Positions 58,801-64,000 of a DNA stretch of 64,000 bases are shown in pieces. The notes under the pieces were generated by a model. That model was not told the origin of the DNA. It saw nothing but the letters and a program-made list of their open reading frames with translations, and made no database searches. The stretch lies in assembly GCA_045661305.1 (NCBI GenBank), contig JAZRFJ010000036.1, positions 2,379-66,378 of the forward strand. The letters run 5' to 3'. The first letter of the stretch is position 1; each line of letters opens with the position of its first letter. The position numbers and the translations under genes were made by a program. The stretch is from Clostridia bacterium (GTDB taxonomy: Bacteria; Bacillota; Clostridia; UMGS1840).

Positions 58801-59131
58801 TGGACGCGTGCGATTTTTTGATGTTGAAGGAGCCGAACAGTATTCATATTCAAATTTCTGCTCTAGAGTACGCGTATTCAACAATGAGTATAATTCAGCT
58901 TATGTTTGGGTAATGCTTAACGAATTTTATTTGTTAGGTGGTACAATTCCATTACAAAATGGTGTAAGGCTATTAAATCTGAAAATGCCTGAATATAAAA
59001 AAGTTAGAATACCAAAGCCACCGATTGAAATTCAAGAAAAAATCGCGAGTCAAGTATTAGAGATTTATAGTGACGGAAAAAACGATGCTTTAGAACGTGC
59101 AAGGACTGTAATAAATAATTACTTGCTCTAG
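55847..59131 (+). CDS. Single-chain restriction-modification-specificity enzyme (Type IIG-like): PD-ExK nuclease, gamma-class N6-adenine methyltransferase, one HsdS-type TRD
   Basis: Nuclease motif D-x13-ECK (GKLDILVFDNDGKAYLMIECKTWG), GQYFTP, motif I VIDFACGTGHF, motif IV IANPPYS, and a C-terminal HsdS-like TRD (residues ~900-1094). The start could be the ATG at 55850. Confidence 0.8.
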   Translation: MMKISKDSIKELIAIMGYIPEDGTDNIFYKKYSQHKDYVIRVNFNTSKIEYRESDIKPEDGIQWGDLTTSNFENSENFVVLECIDRLLEKGYAPKNLYLEYKFPLGRNEKGKLDILVFDNDGKAYLMIECKTWGVEFAKEEKKMLKDGGQLFSYFVQDKATKYLCLYTSQKNETDIEYKNNIIKVDEAWTELTNQKEIHDHWNKNTKDNGIFEEWANAYDVEIKALVRSRLLPLTKDDSGRIFNQFAEILRHNVVSDKPNAFNKILNLFICKIIDEDKNDNEQVEFQWLEDDTDESLQIRLNDLYKQGMHRFLDIDVTDFSENDIASTLADVSDSNAQKVIRDMFVKLRLQKNPEFAFIEVYDDTSFKLNARVVREVVELLQPYQFRYGHKQQFLGDFFELLLNTSIKQEAGQYFTPVPITRYIVSSLPIKELIERKLKANEAEMLPSVIDFACGTGHFLTEYMDRVQSIIENEIDISKAKPIARKKLQGWIDYDKFGWAGDYVYGIDADYRLVKSSKVSSFLNGDGEANIIRANGLDNFENSKEYKGKLRLTSNEDHKDNAQFDILIANPPYSVNSFKSTIKNGEESFELFNKFTDKSSEIECLFIERMKQLLKVGGYAAIILPITVLSNSGVCIATRELLLKYFKIVAITEFGTKTFMATNSNTVALFLERRANTDHKLIQNAVNSFFDKPKESTVLGIEKAFSKYVLSVYEDISLEDYISFVQRTPNEVFKEQELYKDYKKWFESQSFLKKLKTSKTFIQKSKDEQDDIITNLFFEKIFELEKDRMQYFLLSYGQNVLVTKASNKKIEKRILGYEFSTRRGHEGIKMLKSGTKLYDINNQYSPDKLNYYVYNAYLKNVIDSTKELHNIVSSSTLNDLINYKAVILEKTININATKKIALISKYKSFPLDTIAKFQDGLWKGDKGEMVLTKVLRNTNFKSNTGRLDFSDIAEIDVEVGQLESRVLEDGDILLEKSGGSPTQPVGRVRFFDVEGAEQYSYSNFCSRVRVFNNEYNSAYVWVMLNEFYLLGGTIPLQNGVRLLNLKMPEYKKVRIPKPPIEIQEKIASQVLEIYSDGKNDALERARTVINNYLL

Positions 59132-59167
59132 TATTGATGTAAAACAGTAATAATTATATGGAAATAA

Positions 59168-59208
59168 AGAAAATACCGCCAAAGTGCAATTGCTTTGACG
59201 GTATTTTC
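59168..59208. terminator. Bidirectional terminator between the RM gene and the 117-aa gene
   Basis: Stem ATACCG(C)CAAAG/CTTTG(A)CGGTAT with T-rich flanks on both strands. Confidence 0.6.
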
Positions 59209-59235
59209 AATAAGGAGTATTTCCAATAAACTGTC

Positions 59236-59589
59236 TTAGCTGATTTGCCCGGTTGTGAGCATTTTGTGAAAGTCCTTTGCAGCCTTAGCCGCCTGACCTG
59301 TGGTTACGCCCAACCAAAATTCATTGACCACACCTTCAAGCACGACAAGCTTCACTGATTCATTCGCTTTCAGATAGTCAAGAATTCTTAACAACTGTTG
59401 AAATTCAGAATAGCAATCCGATAGGTTAGATATGTAGATTGTATCACCCTCAGATACAACAGTTGCAAGAAATTCTTCAAAGCTGTCTCCATTGCTTGCA
59501 TAAACAGTATCAAGCTCAACGTCTTGGAAAAGTTTATGCTTCTGTTCTCGTTGCTCATCAGTGTTGAACTTAAAATAACCTTTGCGCAT
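59236..59589 (-). CDS. Degenerate resolvase-catalytic-domain-only protein (Ser nucleophile replaced by Asn)
   Basis: 117 aa with a strong GGAGGTG RBS. MRKGYFKFNTDEQ...GDTIYISNLSDC aligns with MKIGYCRVSTPHQ...GDTIIVSEISRIARN of the adjacent recombinase. There is no HTH domain. Confidence 0.55.
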   Translation of the reverse strand: MRKGYFKFNTDEQREQKHKLFQDVELDTVYASNGDSFEEFLATVVSEGDTIYISNLSDCYSEFQQLLRILDYLKANESVKLVVLEGVVNEFWLGVTTGQAAKAAKDFHKMLTTGQIS

Positions 59590-59648
59590 ATTTTTTTCAC
59601 CTCCTCATATTCATAACATCCATAACTATATAAATGCTTATAAATTGG

Positions 59649-60206
59649 TTAACTACGCTGTTTTTCACGCACTCTCTTATACCACGAAGATTTGCTTATC
59701 CCCAAAATTGTCCACGCCTGTGTGGCAGTTATGGCTTTACGTTGCACTTGAGCGTACAATTTCTCAAAATCAGGGCACTCTTTTGGCTTACGCCCCTTAT
59801 AAACTCCATTTGCCTTAGCTATGGCAATACCTTCAGCCTGTCGAGATAAAATATATTCACGCTCTAGCTCAGATATGGCCCCGAAAATCGTAAGTATGAA
59901 TTTCCCCGTAGGGGTAGAAGTATCGATTGCTTCCTTCTGACTTACGAATTCTACTTCTTTTTGGGACAGTATCTCGATAATTTGAAGAAGGTCTTTCGTG
60001 TTCCTTGCTATTCTACTGATTTCTGAAACGATAATTGTATCGCCCTTTCTAGCAAAGTTCAACATTTCTTTAAGAGCAACTCTGTCAGCATTCTTTCCTG
60101 AACACCTGTCAATAAAAACTCGATCCACATCCAAACTTTTTAACAATGTCTCTTGCCGAGCACTATTTTGATGGGGTGTTGAAACCCTGCAGTAGCCAAT
60201 TTTCAT
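59649..60206 (-). CDS. Small serine recombinase (resolvase/invertase family)
   Basis: 185 aa with GYCRVSTPHQ (catalytic Ser), SRIARN and a C-terminal HTH (ITATQAWTILGISKSSWYKRV). Confidence 0.9.
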   Translation of the reverse strand: MKIGYCRVSTPHQNSARQETLLKSLDVDRVFIDRCSGKNADRVALKEMLNFARKGDTIIVSEISRIARNTKDLLQIIEILSQKEVEFVSQKEAIDTSTPTGKFILTIFGAISELEREYILSRQAEGIAIAKANGVYKGRKPKECPDFEKLYAQVQRKAITATQAWTILGISKSSWYKRVREKQRS

Positions 60207-60313
60207 AACTTACAACTCCTTATCTTCAGTATTCCAACACAAACTATTACAATGTCGTTTTATCTGCCGTACATTTGGACTATGAGCCATCCGCACTAAA
60301 ATTAATCGCAATA

Positions 60314-60385
60314 TGTCGTGCAGTTAGGTTTGCATTTCCAATAACCAAACGTGTTCGCAGAAAAAGCAAACCTAACTGCACGACA
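60314..60385. repeat. Perfect 20-bp inverted repeat with a 32-nt spacer
   Basis: TGTCGTGCAGTTAGGTTTGC (60314-60333) and GCAAACCTAACTGCACGACA (60366-60385), between the CHC2 gene stop and the recombinase promoter region. No adjacent T-run. Confidence 0.8.
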
Positions 60386-60393
60386 CACTGCTT

Positions 60394-60720
60394 CTATATG
60401 TAATCTTGTTTCAATTCATCATAAAGTTCTGTAACGGCTTGTTTGAAATCTATTTTTCTTCCGTTCTTGGCAGACCAATATGTGTGTAGGTCAATAACAT
60501 CCCCACCAATACCACAGCCAAAACACTTGAATCTGTTTTTCTGAGAATGATAGTAAAAAGACGGCTCTGTCTCGCTATGAAAAGGACATATAATCGGAGA
60601 ATTCTCTTTCAATGGTCTGTTGCTTCCTTTATAATTAATGCATGGCACAATGTGTTTGTTTACATATTTAAGTACACTATAATTTTCTTTCACATGGTCT
60701 TTCATACCCCAAACTGTCAT
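60394..60720 (-). CDS. CHC2 (DnaG-type) zinc-finger protein
   Basis: 108 aa with CPFHSETEPSFYYHSQKNRFKCFGCGIGGDVIDL, the primase zinc-binding-domain signature. AGGAGG RBS. Confidence 0.75.
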   Translation of the reverse strand: MTVWGMKDHVKENYSVLKYVNKHIVPCINYKGSNRPLKENSPIICPFHSETEPSFYYHSQKNRFKCFGCGIGGDVIDLHTYWSAKNGRKIDFKQAVTELYDELKQDYI

Positions 60721-60892
60721 ATCATCACCTCCTTAAGCCCATATTTTTATAAGTTTCATTTCTTCTCTTATTTCTCATTCTTATAGGTAGATTATAGATA
60801 TTAAGCCCATAAACACAACCTTTAAAAATCCCACCACATCAACACTTATCACCATTTTTACACCACTGTAACTACCACAAACTTTATATAAA

Positions 60893-60970
60893 ATTACAAC
60901 AAATCTTAGAAAAATCCATTCATATAGCAATGTAATCTACAACAATCTTTATAACATTACAACAGATATG
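60893..60970. repeat. Three iteron-like direct repeats (ATTACAACAAATCTT / ATCTACAACAATCTT / ATTACAACAGATATG)
   Basis: The TACAACA cores at 60895, 60938 and 60958 are spaced 43 and 20 bp apart, in the 280-bp gap downstream of the 489-aa gene. Confidence 0.45.
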
Positions 60971-61000
60971 AGAATTTTATAAATATGTCAGAACTAAAAA

Positions 61001-62470
61001 TCAGAAGCCCATATCTTTGAGAAATGCTTCTTCATCCCATTTGTTGCTCTGCTTTAAATTAATTCGTTTATCAAGACAGCTTGTAGTAACTTTGGGAATC
61101 TCGATGTCAAAAGATTGGTGTATCGTTGGAAATAAACTTGCTCCGCAAATGATTTCTTCCATTGCTTTCAGAGCCCTTTTAATGTAGGTGTTTCTTTCAT
61201 TTGCTGTTCTTAGCCCTTCAAGTTTGCTCCTAAACTGTGGTGTGCGTTCAATCAAGGATTTAACACTGATTCCGACATACTTTCGCAGTTCTCCTGCCCA
61301 CAAAAACGACTGCAACAGTTGTTCCGCTAACAGTTCTCCATAAAGATTTCCATTTGCAAACGCGTGTCCTTTCAGCATTAGATTGTGAGTGTGTTCTTTA
61401 GGTTCTGTATCATTTATATTTTCAAAGAGATTGCTTTTTAGCCAATTAAAGTATCTCCCTCCGTAAAGTATGGTTTTTCCATCAAGTGCATTTTTCATAG
61501 GATAGAACATTTCGTGTTCTCCGACTATTGCCACAAGATTTTCATAGCTCTCCAAAATGCTTTTTATTTTCCGCATGTTATTAGCATAAAAGTTTTGATG
61601 AAGAAATTCTGCGATACTCGCTACACTGACGGAGTATTCCTGTTTATTATGGTTCTTACAAACCGTTTTGCCTTTGCAGTGTAACGTGTAAACAGCCTTA
61701 AGTACAGAAAGGTCTATCTTGCTTATCTCATCGTCGAAATCCATATCCACCGGATTGCTGTCTTTTTTCAAGAGCCTTAAAGCAGTTTTAACTTTTGATT
61801 TAATTTGCCTATAAGTCGGCTCGTCAACAAGATTCAATGCATAAGAAAATCCTTTCGCTGTTGGCAACATAAGACTCTGTGCTACATACGGTTTGACCTC
61901 ACGCATTTTTTTAATAATTCGATCGTAAGCACCATAGATTTTTGCTTCAGAATAAAACTCGTCGCACAGAACTTCGGCATTAGTGCCACCAAAAATTACA
62001 CCCGATGTTGTTTTTACATTTTTATCAATCCCATATTTTTCCAATAGTTCAAGAAACATAGATTTGATTTCATCGGCTTTGTCCTGATTGGTGATTACAT
62101 CTTTCAGCACAAAAACAAGCCTAAAACGATTTCTGACCTTGCTACTGCTGAATGTGTCGTATACAATGTTTGGCACCAATCCGCATTTTTTTAAAGCCAA
62201 CAGGACACTTACCTTTGGAATGTGCTTTTCTCCTGCGTTATCAAAATCAAAGAAAAATGCCTGTATTTGAGCAAAGCCTGTTACAGAACAAGCAGGAAAG
62301 ATGATTCGCCCTTCTTCGATACGACCCAGTAAACCTCCAATCTGTATTGTTTCTTCTCTTTTGCCAAAGCCCATCTTCATATTATAAATTGTTTCTGCAA
62401 CCTCTTGATTTGTAGGTTTGCCTGGGAAACGCTTTTCTGATGTCAAAATTGAAATACTCGCCGTGTTCAT
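61001..62470 (-). CDS. Putative replication initiator / primase-polymerase-like protein
   Basis: 489 aa from MNTASISIL (AGGAGG RBS). It has an FFFDFDN acidic DxD-type motif in a beta-rich N-terminal domain and sits next to the iterons and the CHC2 gene. The function is inferred; only the ORF itself is solid. Confidence 0.4.
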   Translation of the reverse strand: MNTASISILTSEKRFPGKPTNQEVAETIYNMKMGFGKREETIQIGGLLGRIEEGRIIFPACSVTGFAQIQAFFFDFDNAGEKHIPKVSVLLALKKCGLVPNIVYDTFSSSKVRNRFRLVFVLKDVITNQDKADEIKSMFLELLEKYGIDKNVKTTSGVIFGGTNAEVLCDEFYSEAKIYGAYDRIIKKMREVKPYVAQSLMLPTAKGFSYALNLVDEPTYRQIKSKVKTALRLLKKDSNPVDMDFDDEISKIDLSVLKAVYTLHCKGKTVCKNHNKQEYSVSVASIAEFLHQNFYANNMRKIKSILESYENLVAIVGEHEMFYPMKNALDGKTILYGGRYFNWLKSNLFENINDTEPKEHTHNLMLKGHAFANGNLYGELLAEQLLQSFLWAGELRKYVGISVKSLIERTPQFRSKLEGLRTANERNTYIKRALKAMEEIICGASLFPTIHQSFDIEIPKVTTSCLDKRINLKQSNKWDEEAFLKDMGF

Positions 62471-62481
62471 GATTACTCCTC

Positions 62482-62721
62482 CTAATATAATAATAAATTT
62501 TCTGTACATTTAAATCTGCAAATGCCGTTGCGGAATTTTAATGTATTCAATACATATATCATATGTGGGAGTTCCTGCTCAAACGCTTGGGTAACGTATG
62601 CAACATTGTAAAATTTGTATTGCTCATAAATATCGAGCAATTTAATGTCAACATCAGGAGTCATAAGGGCATAAAAAAGCCCTGACAGCACAAAGTCTGT
62701 CAAGGCTTCAATATTGAGCAT
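62482..62721 (-). CDS. Hypothetical 79-aa protein
   Basis: ORF packed between two genes (6-nt and 11-nt gaps). Weak RBS and no recognised motif. Confidence 0.4.
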   Translation of the reverse strand: MLNIEALTDFVLSGLFYALMTPDVDIKLLDIYEQYKFYNVAYVTQAFEQELPHMIYVLNTLKFRNGICRFKCTENLLLY

Positions 62722-62727
62722 ATTATT

Positions 62728-63285
62728 TTACTTTTTCTTTATCTTACTTTTTTTACTCGGCTTTCCTTCTTTTTCAACCTGTTCCTGGGATGTGGGAATT
62801 TCGTTATCCACTTTATCATCTATTTTATCTTCTGCTTGTTCAATCGGTGTAGGTTCGTTATTGATTAACAACTCAAACCCCGAAAAATCCTCTTCATTTT
62901 TAACCTGTAAAGGATGTGTCGCACAAATATTTTCCATTTCTTCAATTGTTTCCGAATCGAGTAAACAAACAGCTTTTTCATCTGTTTTCAAGCCTTCGCT
63001 TACAACATGTGCAGTTTTTATAAGTTCTTCTACCGTTTTAGAATTCGATGTGTAATTTCCACGACTTTCAACGTTGACCAATTCATCCTTCTTTAAGAAA
63101 TAAAGTACGAACTGTAACTCCTTTTTCAACACTGTCGTTTTTTTATCACTCAGCACACGAGCCAGTTCCTCTGTGATAATCATACGACTTTCAGCCCCTT
63201 TAACGATGTCTGCATTTTTCTTTGCGGTATCGGATATTTCCAATAGTACCGCTAACTTCTCTTGTTCTTTTCTTAAGTTTGCCAT
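62728..63285 (-). CDS. Hypothetical 185-aa protein with a lysine-rich acidic tail
   Basis: Start placed at MANLRKEQEKL with a GGAGG RBS; the longest ORF starts at 63360. First gene of the minus-strand module next to attR. Confidence 0.55.
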   Translation of the reverse strand: MANLRKEQEKLAVLLEISDTAKKNADIVKGAESRMIITEELARVLSDKKTTVLKKELQFVLYFLKKDELVNVESRGNYTSNSKTVEELIKTAHVVSEGLKTDEKAVCLLDSETIEEMENICATHPLQVKNEEDFSGFELLINNEPTPIEQAEDKIDDKVDNEIPTSQEQVEKEGKPSKKSKIKKK

Positions 63286-63395
63286 TGTAATACCTCCTAA
63301 AATAGTGATTTCACCATATAATACCATAGAGCCAAAATACAATGAATCCACTAAAATCAAGAGATGTAGGCTGTTGAGAGCATATTCGGCAACGT

Positions 63396-63408
63396 TCCTT
63401 CTCCGCCA
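63396..63408. repeat. Right 13-bp direct repeat (attR core) TCCTTCTCCGCCA
   Basis: Identical to 50889-50901. Followed by CCATTT and a terminator hairpin. Confidence 0.6.
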
Positions 63409-63415
63409 CCATTTG

Positions 63416-63445
63416 GCAAGTCATTTTTAAATGACTTGCTTTTTG
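63416..63445 (+). terminator. Rho-independent terminator (probable original tRNA-Ser terminator)
   Basis: 10-bp stem GCAAGTCATT/AATGACTTGC, loop TTTA, followed by TTTTT. Confidence 0.7.
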
Positions 63446-63450
63446 TTGTA

Positions 63451-63495
63451 TAACAAAAAGGCTGTGACAAAAATAAAAATATTTTGTCACAGCCC
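63451..63495 (-). terminator. Terminator after the rubrerythrin gene
   Basis: 13-bp stem GGCTGTGACAAAA/TTTTGTCACAGCC followed by a T-run on the minus strand. Confidence 0.7.
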
Positions 63496-63545
63496 ATTAT
63501 TTTAATATTTTATCAATATCCTTAGGACAAAGTGAAAATAAAATT

Positions 63546-64000
63546 TTAGTAGTTCTCAGCCTTTATCATAAAATAGCTCTTCGGATGCTCACATACAGGA
63601 CAAATTTCAGGAGCTTTTTGTCCGACAACGATATGACCGCAGTTTGAACACTGCCAGATAACATCATTATCTTTAGAGAATACTACTCCACCCTCAATAT
63701 TTGAGATTAATTTTCTGTATCTTTCTTCATGTTCTTTTTCAATTTTAGCAACTTCAGAGAATAAGAATGCAATATGGTCGAAGCCTTCTTCCTTAGCTTC
63801 TTCTGCAAATTTTGCATACATATCTGTCCATTCATAGTTTTCGCCTGCTGCAGCATCTTCAAGGTTTGTTAATGTGTCAGGCATACCGTCGTGAAGAAGC
63901 TTAAACCAGATTTTTGCATGCTCCTTTTCGTTGTTAGCTGTTTCTTCAAAAAGCTGTGCAATCTGAACATATCCGTCCTTTTTAGCTTTTGACGCATAAT
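63546..64000 (-). CDS. rbr: Rubrerythrin (N-terminus beyond the window edge)
   Basis: The frame stays open to position 64000 (..[39 protein letters not shown]..). Diiron ExxH motifs and a C-terminal rubredoxin-like CSNCGH...CPVC are present. Confidence 0.85.
   Translation of the reverse strand, partial: YASKAKKDGYVQIAQLFEETANNEKEHAKIWFKLLHDGMPDTLTNLEDAAAGENYEWTDMYAKFAEEAKEEGFDHIAFLFSEVAKIEKEHEERYRKLISNIEGGVVFSKDNDVIWQCSNCGHIVVGQKAPEICPVCEHPKSYFMIKAENY

Larger units (their letters stand above)
50889..63408. mobile_element. 12.5-kb integrated element (serine-recombinase island; IME/satellite/plasmid-like) in tRNA-Ser(GCU)
   Basis: Bounded by the 13-bp direct repeats. The right copy is followed by CCA and a hairpin terminator, which looks like a displaced tRNA 3' end. 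The recombinase gene abuts attL, and a replication module and a restriction-modification gene lie inside. Confidence 0.65.

Noticed and set aside
55847-60206. A phase-variable shufflon, with the small invertase flipping alternative specificity (TRD) cassettes of the RM gene
   Set aside because: There is no second TRD-like coding segment, silent hsdS fragment or matching inverted repeats flanking the TRD. The only minus-strand ORF there is the dead resolvase domain.
53841-60752. AAGCCCAT(AT)TTTTATA occurring at 53841 and 60735, with weaker copies at 60803 and 61004, as possible recombination sites
   Set aside because: There are only ~15 matching nt, AT-rich at one end. One copy overlaps an RBS and another a stop codon. 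This is insufficient to distinguish from chance without more copies.

Overview
Low-GC Firmicutes (Clostridia-type, spore-forming anaerobe) chromosomal window. From 1 to about 50.6 kb it holds conserved core genes, almost all on the minus strand. These are glnS-gltX, an Eda-like aldolase, polC, nrdD-nrdG with NrdR boxes, a monomeric [FeFe] hydrogenase and an AAE-family transporter. Next comes a tightly packed 12-gene redox block: nfnAB, fumC, hdrB-hdrC-hdrA-mvhD, three Flx-like Fe-S/flavin subunits and a soluble FrdB/FrdA-like pair. After that lie the spoIIIAA-AH operon, interrupted by a 276-bp TIR-bounded non-coding insertion, then a SASP gene, GTP-PEPCK, rsmA, a yabE-like gene, tRNA-Leu, nitroreductase, LMW-PTP, pfkA, tex and mrnC. 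The core section ends with a glmS-ribozyme-controlled glmS-glmM-glmU' unit, a GerM-like lipoprotein, a secreted nuclease and two tRNA-Ser genes. From about 50.9 to 63.4 kb there is a 12.5-kb accessory element inserted in the 3' end of tRNA-Ser(GCU), bounded by 13-bp direct repeats. It carries a large serine recombinase, a small serine recombinase and two resolvase-domain-only proteins that appear catalytically dead. It also carries an orphan 342-aa protein, an XRE controller plus a single-chain nuclease-methylase-specificity (Type IIG-like) enzyme, and a plasmid-like replication module (a DxD-motif protein, a CHC2 zinc-finger protein and iteron-like repeats). The window ends inside a rubrerythrin gene. 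The two most interesting candidates are the flx-hdr-frd operon, a possible electron-bifurcating soluble fumarate reductase, and the accessory island with its paired active and dead recombinase domains and orphan gene. All functional calls come from reading motifs and gene context by eye; no database searches were run.
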